NCBI RefSeq assembly: GCF_016744025.1
Contig: NZ_JADGFC010000001.1
Coordinates: 16,028-80,027 of the forward strand
Direction: 5' to 3'
Length of the DNA stretch: 64,000 bases
Source of the DNA: Sulfurimonas sp.
GTDB taxonomy: Bacteria > Campylobacterota > Campylobacteria > Campylobacterales > Sulfurimonadaceae
In this document: positions 17,455 to 27,144 of the stretch, piece after piece
Position numbering within the stretch: the first letter of the stretch is position 1
Layout of the letters: every line of letters begins with the position of its first letter
The notes under the pieces: model-generated
Seen by the model: only the letters and a program-made list of their open reading frames with translations
Databases searched by the model: none
What the model was told of the DNA's origin: nothing
Program-made: the position numbers and the translations under genes

Positions 17455-19095
17455 ATGAGATTAAATAAGTTAGTTATGTCAGCTGCTGCATTAGCAGTAG
17501 TTAGTTCGGGGTTATTTGCTGGAACATCTTCAATGGATGTTGAAAAAGTATTTGAAAGAGAATGTCAGGGTTGTCACGGTCCAAATCACGAAGGTGGTGT
17601 TGGTTCTGATTTACGTCCTACTGTAATTGCTAAGAAGAATGCTTATAAGCTTTCTGAAATTATTTTAGGTGGTAAAGCTGGTACAGCAATGCCTCCATTT
17701 GCAGAGAAAATGAATATTGACGATGCAAATAAAATGGTTGATTACTTACAAAGCTTTAAGGGTAGAAAAATGGCTGTATTAACACTTGATAGTGTTAAAG
17801 CTGGTTGGAAACCTTTAAATGACAGAGCGGCTTTCTTTAAGAAATATCCAAAAGCTGTAGATGTTAAGAAAAATACTGACATTTGTTTCGTAACAGAAAG
17901 AGATGCTGAAAGAGTTGCATTTGTTGATGGTACTTCTGGTAAAGTTTTATCTAAGCACCCTGCTGGTTTTGCTGTACACGTTACAGTAACTAACAAGCGT
18001 CAGCCTCGTTATGCTTACTCAATCTCTCGTTCAGGTTTAGTAACAATGTTCGACCTTAACACTCCGGGTCAACAAAAAATTGCTCAAACTCAAGTTGGTT
18101 CTGACTCACGTGGTCTAGCAGTTTCTCCAGATGGTAAATACCTAATGGCTGGTAACTACGTTCCAGGTGGAGCAATCCTAATGGACGCAATGACTCTTGA
18201 GCCATTAAAAGTTTATCCTACTTCATCAGTAATTGATACAGAAGGTAATATTAACTCTTCTCGTGTTGCTGGTATTTATGACACTCCATATGGTCCATAC
18301 ATTGCATTTGCACTTAAAGATGCAGGTCACGTATATATCATAGATTACTCTAAGCCTAATTTCCCAATCGTTGGTGATATTCCAAATATTGGTAAAATTC
18401 TTCATGATGGTTTCCTAAACGAAGGTAAAGAAATAGGTCGTTACTTATTCCAAGCTTCTCAAGGTTCTGATGTTATGGGTGTTGTAGACTTTAAAACTAA
18501 ATCTTTAGTTACTAAAATCTATACAGGTCCATCTGCTAAGCCACATCCAGGTCAAGGTTCTTCATGGTTTAATGAAGGTCTAGGTCAACAACTTGGTGCA
18601 ACAGTTAACATGAACTTAGGTCAAGTTACTATCTGGGATGATAACTTCGATGTAATTCGTCAAATTCCAACTGCTGGTGGTGGTTTATTCATCGGTACAT
18701 CTGAGCACACTCCATTCCTATGGGCTGATAATGTTCTTGGTGGAGCTTCTAACTGGAACAAGATTTACTTAATTAATAAGCAAACTCTTGAAGTAGATAG
18801 AATTCTTACTGTTGGTACTAAAAAGGGAACAATTACTGATCCTGTAAGTCACAAGACTCTTTACTCTTGGAATGTTCCAACTGTTAAAGATGCAAAAGGT
18901 AAGGTTGTTACACCTAGAATCCTTCACGCTGAGCCTGCTAATCATGGTGCGTGGACTATGATTTCTGAGTGGAACGCTGGTCGTATCGGTATCTATGAAG
19001 CTAAAACTGGTAAATTTGTTAAATATATCAAAGGTTTAACAACTCCTACTTTTACTTACTCTATCGAACACAGACAAACTATTCCAGGTGCATAA
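17455..19095 (+). CDS. nirS: Cytochrome cd1 nitrite reductase
   Basis: Signal peptide, N-terminal haem c site CQGCH with downstream GTAMPPF, then a ~430-aa beta-propeller d1 domain. Confidence 0.93.
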   Translation: MRLNKLVMSAAALAVVSSGLFAGTSSMDVEKVFERECQGCHGPNHEGGVGSDLRPTVIAKKNAYKLSEIILGGKAGTAMPPFAEKMNIDDANKMVDYLQSFKGRKMAVLTLDSVKAGWKPLNDRAAFFKKYPKAVDVKKNTDICFVTERDAERVAFVDGTSGKVLSKHPAGFAVHVTVTNKRQPRYAYSISRSGLVTMFDLNTPGQQKIAQTQVGSDSRGLAVSPDGKYLMAGNYVPGGAILMDAMTLEPLKVYPTSSVIDTEGNINSSRVAGIYDTPYGPYIAFALKDAGHVYIIDYSKPNFPIVGDIPNIGKILHDGFLNEGKEIGRYLFQASQGSDVMGVVDFKTKSLVTKIYTGPSAKPHPGQGSSWFNEGLGQQLGATVNMNLGQVTIWDDNFDVIRQIPTAGGGLFIGTSEHTPFLWADNVLGGASNWNKIYLINKQTLEVDRILTVGTKKGTITDPVSHKTLYSWNVPTVKDAKGKVVTPRILHAEPANHGAWTMISEWNAGRIGIYEAKTGKFVKYIKGLTTPTFTYSIEHRQTIPGA

Positions 19096-19104
19096 TTAGC
19101 ACTT

Positions 19105-19126
19105 GTTACAAAACTTTCTCTCCCTC
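19105..19126 (+). terminator. Hairpin after nirS
   Basis: TTTCTCTCCC-TC-GGGAGAGAAA inverted repeat 10 nt after the nirS stop. Confidence 0.45.
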
Positions 19127-19180
19127 GGGAGAGAAAACTTCTTTAAACTACAATCAATATTTCTTAAAAAATTTACAAAA

Positions 19181-19194
19181 TTGACTAATATCAA
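19181..19194. promoter_or_regulatory. FNR/CRP-family (Dnr/NnrR-type) binding box
   Basis: TTGACTAATATCAA has one mismatch to TTGAT-N4-ATCAA. It lies in the 218-bp gap upstream of the cytochrome c-nirJ-nirF-cobA genes. Confidence 0.5.
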
Positions 19195-19313
19195 CGATAT
19201 ATTTATAAATAAAAGCTATTCTTAAAAGAATAAAAAATGACAAATTCTAGATTTTAAAAGCTTTGATTAAAGCTAGTTTTCGATAGAATAATTTATCAAA
19301 ATAAAGAATAAAT

Positions 19314-19619
19314 ATGAAAAAATACATACTCTTAATACTTATAATATCTTCTCTTTTATACTCTCAGGACTCTGATGGTAAAAAAGTCTTTGAGAGCTAC
19401 TGTTGGGGCTGTCATCACCAGACTGCTGTTGCATTTGGACCTCCATTCTCAGAAATTGCTTCTAAACGAACACAAGATGAAATCGAAGCATATATCATAG
19501 AACCAAAAGCAATGTACAAGGCATTTGGATATAAAAGAACAGTAATGACTGAGTTAAAATTAAACGACAAAGAGAGACAAGCTATAGCTAAATATATTCT
19601 CTCATATAAAGGCAAATAA
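19314..19619 (+). CDS. Periplasmic monohaem cytochrome c (NirC/c55X-like position)
   Basis: Signal peptide and single CWGCH. Stop overlaps the nirJ start. Confidence 0.75.
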   Translation: MKKYILLILIISSLLYSQDSDGKKVFESYCWGCHHQTAVAFGPPFSEIASKRTQDEIEAYIIEPKAMYKAFGYKRTVMTELKLNDKERQAIAKYILSYKGK

Positions 19620-20734
19620 TGTTTAGACTAACAAATCTTATATCTTCTGTAGTAGAAGGCAAAAAAGAAAGAATTTTAGACGGCTCGATAGCTATATGGA
19701 ACTTTACAAATCGCTGTAACTTATCTTGTATGCATTGTTATTCAAAATCAACTCTTGATGAAGTTGACACTCTGACTACTGAACAAATCAAAAAAACTAT
19801 ATTACAAATGAAAGAAAACGGTGTAAAGTTCATTATTTTCTCTGGAGGAGAGCCTCTTACAAGAAAAGACTTATTTGATATAGCCGATTTTTGTAAAGAT
19901 AACGGAATCATTACTTATCTATCAAGTAATGGTTTATACTTCACAAAAAGCAATGTACAACGCATAGTTGATACATTTAACTATGTTGGAGTGAGTATAG
20001 ATGGAGATGAGCCTACTCATGATCACTTTCGTGGTCTTAAAGGTGCATTTAGAGAGACCCTTAAAGCTGTTCAACTTGCAAACTCTACAGGTGCAAAAGT
20101 TGGTATTCGTTTCACTATTACAAAAGAAACAATTAATTCATTAGAATATATTTTTGATCTAGTTGAAAAAGAAAATATTCCAAAGATATATATCTCGCAT
20201 CTTGTTTATTCAGGTCGTGGTCTTGATAATCTTGAAATGGATCTTACAAAAGAACAAAGAAGAAAATCTGTAGAGTTCATACTTAAAAAAGCATTTGAGT
20301 ACTACGATACTGGCAGAGATATCGAGATAGTAACTGGGAATATGGAACAAGATGCAATCCTTTTCTTAAATGAGTTTGCATCTAGATATCCTGAGCTAAA
20401 AGAAAAAATTAGAAATAGACTTACAAACTGGGGAGGAAACTCAGCTGGTAGAAAACTTCTTAACATTAACAGTGAAGGCGATGTAAGACCTGACCCTTTC
20501 TTTCCAATAACTGTTGGAAACATCATTGAGCAAGATTTTGGTGATATCTGGCAAAAAGGCGAACTATTAGATAAGCTTAGAGTTCACCCAAGAGACGTTA
20601 GTGGAATCTGTAAGGATTGTGAACAAATAGATATCTGTAATGGTGGTTCACGTGCTCGTGCATACGCTATTACAGGTGATTTATGGAGTGAAGATCCATC
20701 ATGTTATTTAAGCCAAGAGGAGAGAAAACAATAA
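19619..20734 (+). CDS. nirJ: Radical SAM haem d1 biosynthesis protein NirJ
   Basis: CNLSCMHC radical SAM cluster motif. C-terminal SPASM-like CKDCEQIDICNGG. Located between nirS and nirF. Confidence 0.8.
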   Translation: MFRLTNLISSVVEGKKERILDGSIAIWNFTNRCNLSCMHCYSKSTLDEVDTLTTEQIKKTILQMKENGVKFIIFSGGEPLTRKDLFDIADFCKDNGIITYLSSNGLYFTKSNVQRIVDTFNYVGVSIDGDEPTHDHFRGLKGAFRETLKAVQLANSTGAKVGIRFTITKETINSLEYIFDLVEKENIPKIYISHLVYSGRGLDNLEMDLTKEQRRKSVEFILKKAFEYYDTGRDIEIVTGNMEQDAILFLNEFASRYPELKEKIRNRLTNWGGNSAGRKLLNINSEGDVRPDPFFPITVGNIIEQDFGDIWQKGELLDKLRVHPRDVSGICKDCEQIDICNGGSRARAYAITGDLWSEDPSCYLSQEERKQ

Positions 20735-21870
20735 TGATAATTAAAAAAATATTACTTGGTGCTATAGTTACAGCATCTATTCTGACAAATATTCAAGCAC
20801 AAGGTGTAAACCCAGTTTTAGCAATGCTTAACACAGAAGAGAAAATTTTTGTTGTTGAGAGAGAAAGTCAATCTCTAGCTGTTATTGAAAAGGGCTTACC
20901 AAAATCTCATATTAGCGGAATGCACAATATGAATCACGGTGTTGTTAAGTTTGACGGTAAAGATGGTTATGTAATCTCTCGTGATGGTTATGTAATTAAA
21001 TTTGATCCCGTAAAAGAAGTTATTTTAAAAGAGCAAAAGACTAGTGACAGTGCAATTGGTTTTACTATTACAAAGAACTATCTTGCTGTTGCAAACTATG
21101 CTAAAAAGAGTGTAGATATTTTAGATAGAGATTTAAATCCTCTTCAGTCATTTGAGACTGGTTCTAAAAATGTTGGTATTAAGACTTACAAGAATTATTT
21201 AGTTTTTTCACAAATGGATAACGACAAAATCACTGTTTTAAGAGACAAAAATGATGGAAAAGGTCTTCCAAACTTTGAGATATACAAAGAGTTTGAAGAT
21301 GTTGGAGTTATGCCTTTTGACGCAATGATAAAAGACAATAATTTTATTACAGGTTTTTTTCAAAGTGATCACTTTGGTGTTGTTAATTTAGACACTATGA
21401 AATACTCAAAAATCAAAATACTTTTAGATGACAGAAAACCTGTACTTAAAGTTCCACACTTTGGTTTTTGGAGTATTGGTGCTGGATATGTATTTATCCC
21501 TGCTGTTGGAAACAACAAAGTACTAGTTTATACACCTGATTTTAAATTCGTAAAAAACATTGAAACAGAAGGTTTACCTGTATTTACAGCTCTATCACCT
21601 GATAAAAAATATTTAGCAGTAACATTTAGTGGAAAGAAATTTCCAGTTATTCAAATCATTGATACTAAAACTCTAAAAATCGTTAAAAGATTTGAGTTTG
21701 ATGGAAAAGTTCTTCATGTAAGATGGTCAAATATCAGACCTAACCTTTATGTATCTGTAAATGACACGAATAAAGTTGCTGTAATAAATACTAAACAATG
21801 GTATTTAAGTCGTGAGATATTTCAAATCAAAAAGCCATCTGGCATATTTATTTATGAGGAAAAACAATAA
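20735..21870 (+). CDS. nirF: NirF-like cd1-family beta-propeller protein (no haem c site)
   Basis: Signal peptide MIIKKILLGAIVTASIL. Propeller-like repeats, no CxxCH. ATG directly follows the nirJ stop. Confidence 0.7.
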
Positions 21871-22610
21871 TGGGTAAGGTATATTTAACGGGAGCTGGTC
21901 CAGGAGACATTGAGTTACTAACAGTCAAAGCACTTAGAGTAATCAAAGAAGCTGATGTAATTATTTACGATCGTCTTGCTAACCCTGATTTACTTGAAGA
22001 AGCGAAGAATGGCTGTGAGTTCGTGTACGTTGGTAAAGAAGATGGACGTCATATCGTACCTCAAGATGATATCAATGAAGTAATTTATCAAAATGCACTA
22101 AAGCATGACAATGTTGTTCGCCTTAAAGGTGGAGATCCTTTTGTTTTTGGTCGCGGTGGAGAAGAAGCTCTTTATTTACAAGAAAGAGGTGTTAAATTTG
22201 ATGTAATTCCAGGTATTACTTCTGCAATCTCTGCTCCTGCATATGCAGGTATTCCTGTTACTCATCGTGGTGTAGCAGTAAGCTTTAGAGTTGTTACTGG
22301 ACATGAATCACCAAATAAAAAAGTATCTCAAATTCCATGGAATCATTTTAAAACAGATGATACTATTGTATTTTTAATGGGTCTTCATAATCTTCCAAAG
22401 ATAAGTAAGAAACTAATTGAGATTGGAAAAGCTAAAGACTATCCTGTAGCTGTAATCTCAAAAGGAACAACAAAAGATCAAATTGTTGTTGTTGGAACTT
22501 TAGAAAACATAGTTGAAAAAGCTAAAGACGTACCAACACCTGCATTAATAGTAGTAGGAAAGGTAGTTGAGCTTAGAGAACAACTGAAGTGGTTTGAGGG
22601 TAATGCCTAA
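21870..22610 (+). CDS. cobA: Uroporphyrinogen-III C-methyltransferase (SUMT; NirE role in d1 haem synthesis)
   Basis: VYLTGAGPGDIELLTVKA, RLKGGDPFVFGRGGEE and VIPGITSA motifs. Confidence 0.9.
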   Translation: MGKVYLTGAGPGDIELLTVKALRVIKEADVIIYDRLANPDLLEEAKNGCEFVYVGKEDGRHIVPQDDINEVIYQNALKHDNVVRLKGGDPFVFGRGGEEALYLQERGVKFDVIPGITSAISAPAYAGIPVTHRGVAVSFRVVTGHESPNKKVSQIPWNHFKTDDTIVFLMGLHNLPKISKKLIEIGKAKDYPVAVISKGTTKDQIVVVGTLENIVEKAKDVPTPALIVVGKVVELREQLKWFEGNA

Positions 22611-24114
22611 TCCTCTTCACGACTACAAGCAGCCCATAGAGATAGCTGATAGCATCTACTGGGTTGGTATGTATCTTGAAAATGATCCATTTCAATGTCA
22701 CCCCTACTTTATTAAAAATGGAGATGAGTCTATCTTAATAGACCCAGGTTCTATGCTTGAATTTAACGAAACTGTGAGAAAAGTCAAAAGTATCGCAGAT
22801 ATCAAATCTATTAAATACATCATCCTACACCATCAAGATCCTGACTTAGCAGCAGCTGTTCCCGAGATAGAAAAACTAATTGATAGAGATGACCTTCTAA
22901 TTGTTACTCACTCTAGAATGTCTGTATTGATAAAACACTATCTTGTAAGTTCAGACTATTATGAGATAGATAAACATGATAATACTCTAATTACCTCAAA
23001 TGGTTACAAATTAGATTTTCTTACTACTCCATACTGTCACTCACCGGGTGCTTTTGTTAGTTATGAGCCAAATACTAAAACACTATTCTCAGGAGATATA
23101 TTTGGCGGGATAGAAGAATCATGGGAGTTTTATGCAGATGCAACATATTTTGAAAAAGCAAAACAATTCCATCAAGAGTATATGCCAAGTAAGGACATAT
23201 TTAACTATGCCCTTAATAAGATAGAACAACTAGATATCCAACTAATAGCTCCTCAGCATGGTTCAATTATTAAAAAACCTTACATTAAAAACCTCATAGA
23301 AGATATGAAAAACCTTGATTGTGGGCTTTATATAGAAGATAAATATAATCGTGAACTATTAGATACTATTAATAAACTTCAAGAAAAAGAAAAAACTATT
23401 AAAGAGAGAGATAGACTCCTATTTGAGCAGTCTAAAAGAGCAGAAATGGGTGAAATGGTAGGAAACATCGCGCATCAGTGGCGTCAACCCTTAGCCATAG
23501 TAAACACTTTAGTTGCAATATTAAAAGAGAAAAATGAAGTTGGTATTTTAGACAGAGCTGAAATCTCTTCTAAACTAGATACGATGGAAAAACGGGTTGT
23601 ATATATGTCAGATACTATCGAAGACTTTATGAATTACTATAAGCCAAACAAAAACAAATCAGTTTTTAGTGTTTACACTGCCATAACTAAAGCACTTGAA
23701 ATTACAAACTATAATAAAGAAAGTGAAAAAGTAGATATAAATATTAATGGAGACAAAAATCTTAATATCTATGGTCTTATGAACGAGTTTATACAAGTAA
23801 TTGTTTCTATACTCTCTAATATATATGATATCAAGAAAAGCAGGTCTATAACTAATATAAAGATAGATATAATTCTTCAAAGAGAAAATGAAGATGCTGT
23901 ACTTTGTATTAGTGATAATGCTGGTGGAATAGACGAAAGCATACTAACAAAGATTTTCAATCCATACTTTACAACAAAACATCAATCTATGGGGACTGGT
24001 TTAGGTTTACATATTGCTAAAATGATTATAGAAGACCAGATGGATGGTAAACTACAAGCACACAACAATAGCCTTGGAGCAACATTTACAATAAGGATGA
24101 AGAATGAAAAATAG
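22603..24114 (+). CDS. Sensor histidine kinase with N-terminal flavodiiron/ODP-like metallo-beta-lactamase domain
   Basis: First ~250 aa: FDP-like MBL fold with candidate metal ligands HHQDPD, CHSPG, SGD, PQHG. Then a coiled coil, H-box NIAHQWRQPL and ATPase G-boxes (DNAGGI, GTGLGL). Confidence 0.75.
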   Translation: MPNPLHDYKQPIEIADSIYWVGMYLENDPFQCHPYFIKNGDESILIDPGSMLEFNETVRKVKSIADIKSIKYIILHHQDPDLAAAVPEIEKLIDRDDLLIVTHSRMSVLIKHYLVSSDYYEIDKHDNTLITSNGYKLDFLTTPYCHSPGAFVSYEPNTKTLFSGDIFGGIEESWEFYADATYFEKAKQFHQEYMPSKDIFNYALNKIEQLDIQLIAPQHGSIIKKPYIKNLIEDMKNLDCGLYIEDKYNRELLDTINKLQEKEKTIKERDRLLFEQSKRAEMGEMVGNIAHQWRQPLAIVNTLVAILKEKNEVGILDRAEISSKLDTMEKRVVYMSDTIEDFMNYYKPNKNKSVFSVYTAITKALEITNYNKESEKVDININGDKNLNIYGLMNEFIQVIVSILSNIYDIKKSRSITNIKIDIILQRENEDAVLCISDNAGGIDESILTKIFNPYFTTKHQSMGTGLGLHIAKMIIEDQMDGKLQAHNNSLGATFTIRMKNEK

Positions 24115-24793
24115 TGAATTAATTGAAGATATTTCAATACTCATAGCTGAAGATGAATCAGAGTTAAGAGAGTATCTACAAGAGTATTTACAAATTTTCT
24201 TTAAAAAAGTATATATAGCTAAATGTGGTAATGAAGGCTATATGCAGTACTTAGAAAAGAGACCTGATATCATTTTAACTGATATTAATATGCCAAATCT
24301 TGATGGATTAAGCATGATTAAACGTATTAGAGAACGTGATGATGAAACTGATATTATCATTATGAGTGCTCACTCTGAGCAAGAAAAACTTCTTCAAGCT
24401 ATAGAGCTTAAACTAGTAACTTATCTTATAAAGCCTATAAACTCACAAAAGCTAAAAGGTGTTTTACTAAGTCTTGTAGATAAACTAAGATCTTCTAAGA
24501 AGAGGATTTATCTAAGTCAAGAGATCTTTTGGGATAAGACCTCTTCTACTCTATGGAACTCAGAGAAACAGATCTCTTTAAAAGATAAAGAATTGATGTT
24601 GTTTAAACTTCTATGCTCAAAAGTAAATCATGCTTTTACAGCAGAAAATATCTTTTACCATCTATATGGAGAAGGTGAAAAAGAGTTCTCAGAGTACTCA
24701 ATAACATCATTCATAAAACGTCTGAGAGCAAAACTCCCAGAGAACCTAATAGAAAATGAGTATGGATTAGGTTATAAAATAGTACTAAAATAA
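24104..24793 (+). CDS. Response regulator (REC + OmpR-type winged helix)
   Basis: ILIAEDE...DIILTDINMPNLDG receiver motifs. C-terminal ...FIKRLRAKL...GLGYKI winged-helix pattern. Overlaps the kinase stop. Confidence 0.85.
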   Translation: MKNSELIEDISILIAEDESELREYLQEYLQIFFKKVYIAKCGNEGYMQYLEKRPDIILTDINMPNLDGLSMIKRIRERDDETDIIIMSAHSEQEKLLQAIELKLVTYLIKPINSQKLKGVLLSLVDKLRSSKKRIYLSQEIFWDKTSSTLWNSEKQISLKDKELMLFKLLCSKVNHAFTAENIFYHLYGEGEKEFSEYSITSFIKRLRAKLPENLIENEYGLGYKIVLK

Positions 24794-24808
24794 CTTTAGC
24801 AACCCAAT

Positions 24809-24836
24809 AAAATCAGAACTTATAAATTCTGATTTT
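24809..24836. terminator. Bidirectional terminator hairpin
   Basis: AAAATCAGAA-cttataaa-TTCTGATTTT: 10-bp stem between convergent genes. T run follows on the + strand. Confidence 0.55.
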
Positions 24837-25968
24837 ATTTAATAGTAAGCATTTCTTGGATGCCTATCGATTGCTTAATTATATCTTTTGCAGTAATACC
24901 CGCCATTTTTGCTAAAACTGGATTTATAAGATAACTTACCCATGTAGTTTTAACTATATCACCCTTTTGCAACTTAGGTACCTTGTATGTAATTACCTTA
25001 GAACTATTCGCTCTTAAATTTCTATTGAGTTTATATCCTAGGGCTTTGTTTGGCAAAGTAGCTTTACCATCTATATCTTTGAATATAATAACAAAGGTAG
25101 CTTCCTTATCATTTGCAGGATCTTCTTTAAAGTTACTCCAAATGATTTTAGAATCTCTTGTAATAATAGTTTTGGCATACTTTAATCTCATTGGATGAGT
25201 AATTATAGCGTGACCCATTTTATTGTTTATTGTAAGTTTAAGTTGTGAATTTTTATAAGAGAGTTCCAGTTTTACTGCTTTTTTTATCATTTTTTGAGAG
25301 TGTACCCCTAAAAACTCATGTGATACATAACTCTCTCTCATTCCCTTATCTTTTTTCTCAATAGTTCCAGAAGTTCTTGGCATATGACAACCTATACAAT
25401 CTGTTTGTTTGTCATATCCTTTTTCTACATTACAGACTTCAAAACCTATATAGTTTTGTTTATGTGCATGACATCCCATACAGACTTCAGAGGTTTTATA
25501 TATCTCATTAGACTCAGAATAATGTTCATTACTCTCATATGCTTTTTTAAGATTTCCAAATACAGTCGGTTTTTTGTCACCACTATAGTTTGAATAATTT
25601 ATTTTATGTGCTGGAGAGTCATAAATCTTTTTTATTTGATGACAAAAAAAGCATGAAACTCCATCTGTCTGTCTATACTTTGTTGAGTCAGGCTGTTCCT
25701 TTCCACTCATCATAGCACGCATATTTTTTGTTGCAGGCATATGGCATACTGCACAACCGTATTCATTTTTGTTTACTATATCTTTCATTGTTGCATGAAA
25801 TTCATCTTTAAAAAGAGACGACTTAGGATGCATAGATGATTGGTGCTCACGATATATATTTTCATGACACTCGTTACAGGATTCAGAAGATGGATATTTT
25901 ACTTCAGCATTAGCGCTAATAGTAAGAAGTAGTAAAATAGATAGAAGAAAGTTCACAATATACTCCAT
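24835..25968 (-). CDS. Periplasmic pentahaem c-type cytochrome (paralog of the soluble part of 11657..13474)
   Basis: Signal peptide. CNECH, CAVCH, CFFCH, CMGCH, CIGCH with the same order and spacing as the 605-aa protein (GVSCFFCH vs GVSCVTCH). Confidence 0.8.
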   Translation of the reverse strand: MEYIVNFLLSILLLLTISANAEVKYPSSESCNECHENIYREHQSSMHPKSSLFKDEFHATMKDIVNKNEYGCAVCHMPATKNMRAMMSGKEQPDSTKYRQTDGVSCFFCHQIKKIYDSPAHKINYSNYSGDKKPTVFGNLKKAYESNEHYSESNEIYKTSEVCMGCHAHKQNYIGFEVCNVEKGYDKQTDCIGCHMPRTSGTIEKKDKGMRESYVSHEFLGVHSQKMIKKAVKLELSYKNSQLKLTINNKMGHAIITHPMRLKYAKTIITRDSKIIWSNFKEDPANDKEATFVIIFKDIDGKATLPNKALGYKLNRNLRANSSKVITYKVPKLQKGDIVKTTWVSYLINPVLAKMAGITAKDIIKQSIGIQEMLTIK

Positions 25969-26008
25969 AAATTAATATGGAGTTATTATACTATAAGAAA
26001 TATTATAA

Positions 26009-26710
26009 TTAATATTTTTCTAGATTATACTTAGACCATAAGAGCTGTGCATCTTTATTTCCACTATCTTTTGATTTTTGTGCCCATTTTTTTGCTTTTT
26101 TAAACTTTTCTGCTTCACAATATATCTCTGCTAAAAGATAATAAGCTTTCTCATCACCATTTGCCGCATTTTTTTCTAACCAAAAAGCAGCTTTATCAAA
26201 CTTGATAAGTTGCATATATACAAGACCTACATTTTTCTCTGCAAGCTTATTACCTTGAAGTGCAGATTTTTCTAAAAGCTCTGCTGTTTTTGAGACATTT
26301 TGATCTGCTACGTCACCTCTGTAATACATTAGGGCTAAGTTAAACTGAGCATTAGAGTTCTTCGCATCTGAAGCCTTTGTAAGCCATTTAAATGCACTCT
26401 TAGAGTCTTGCTTAATATTGCGACCTGTTAAGTACATCATACCTAGATCATTTTGTGCTCTGGCATCTGAGCTATTTGCAGCTTTTTGCAACCAAACAAG
26501 ACCTTTATCAGCATCTTTAGAGATACCTAGACCATTAAAGTATAGATAACTTAGTGCATTTTGAGCAGTAGTATCTCCAGCTTTTGCACTCTTTTCATAT
26601 AGCTTAAAAGCCACCTCATAGTCTTTTTTCTTAAATGCTTCAAGAGCATCTTTACTCTCTGCAAAAAGGGCTGTTGTTATCAACAACATAGATAGAACAA
26701 GCTTTAACAT
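26009..26710 (-). CDS. Secreted Sel1-like repeat protein
   Basis: Signal peptide. Repeats of AQN.L..(M/L)Y..G.G(I/V)..D...A..W..KAA. Confidence 0.8.
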   Translation of the reverse strand: MLKLVLSMLLITTALFAESKDALEAFKKKDYEVAFKLYEKSAKAGDTTAQNALSYLYFNGLGISKDADKGLVWLQKAANSSDARAQNDLGMMYLTGRNIKQDSKSAFKWLTKASDAKNSNAQFNLALMYYRGDVADQNVSKTAELLEKSALQGNKLAEKNVGLVYMQLIKFDKAAFWLEKNAANGDEKAYYLLAEIYCEAEKFKKAKKWAQKSKDSGNKDAQLLWSKYNLEKY

Positions 26711-26718
26711 TAGAATCC

Positions 26719-27144
26719 TTATTTATTATTATTACAATTTTTCATCATCTCTCGCCAATCTAGAGAGAAGTTTTTTAATACAAATGATTTGTGATGTGGA
26801 ACACTACATGGTGAACAGTTTTGATGGATTACACCCTTACCTACAAATTCTTCGCCATTACCTACATCACACTTACTAAGCACAGTAAACTCATCTTTAG
26901 TCTCTAAAGAATCATCATTAAACCTAAAGTTAGGACAAGCACACATATAACAGTTTAACTCATCCATATCATGGCACTTTTTATTCTTTTTATAAAGAGG
27001 ACAAAAGTCAATTTCTTCTTTTACCATATTATCAAAATCAAAATACTCAACTATGTCTTGTGTTGAGTAACCTGACTCTACTAACTTATCTACTATTACT
27101 TTATGCTTATTAGCATGGGCGTCAAACCACTTAATATAACTCAT
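26719..27144 (-). CDS. Cysteine-rich small-domain protein (putative metal/cluster binding)
   Basis: FCPLYKKNKKCHDMDELNCYMCACPNF plus later C..C.SPCS. Resembles the cysteine-rich small domain (zf-like, PF04071-type) pattern; from memory. Confidence 0.4.
   Translation of the reverse strand: MSYIKWFDAHANKHKVIVDKLVESGYSTQDIVEYFDFDNMVKEEIDFCPLYKKNKKCHDMDELNCYMCACPNFRFNDDSLETKDEFTVLSKCDVGNGEEFVGKGVIHQNCSPCSVPHHKSFVLKNFSLDWREMMKNCNNNK

Noticed and set aside
15118-19095. Visibly different codon usage (CGT-rich Arg, GGT, more G/C) in norCB and nirS compared with AGA-rich flanking genes
   Set aside because: This is more simply explained by expression-level codon bias, and core genes nearby appear to show a similar style. 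Without computed GC or codon statistics it is not evidence for horizontal transfer.
20701-20734. Upstream alternative starts offered by the track (20701 nirF, 22594 kinase, 33369 KS partner, 50329 radical SAM, 53753 PlsC-like, 63269 fliQ)
   Set aside because: The downstream ATGs (20735, 22603, 33414, 50350, 53765, 63296) give canonical N-termini or lengths (signal peptide, 88-aa FliQ). Where I checked (50350, 53765) they also have better-placed RBS. The longer versions overlap the preceding gene extensively.
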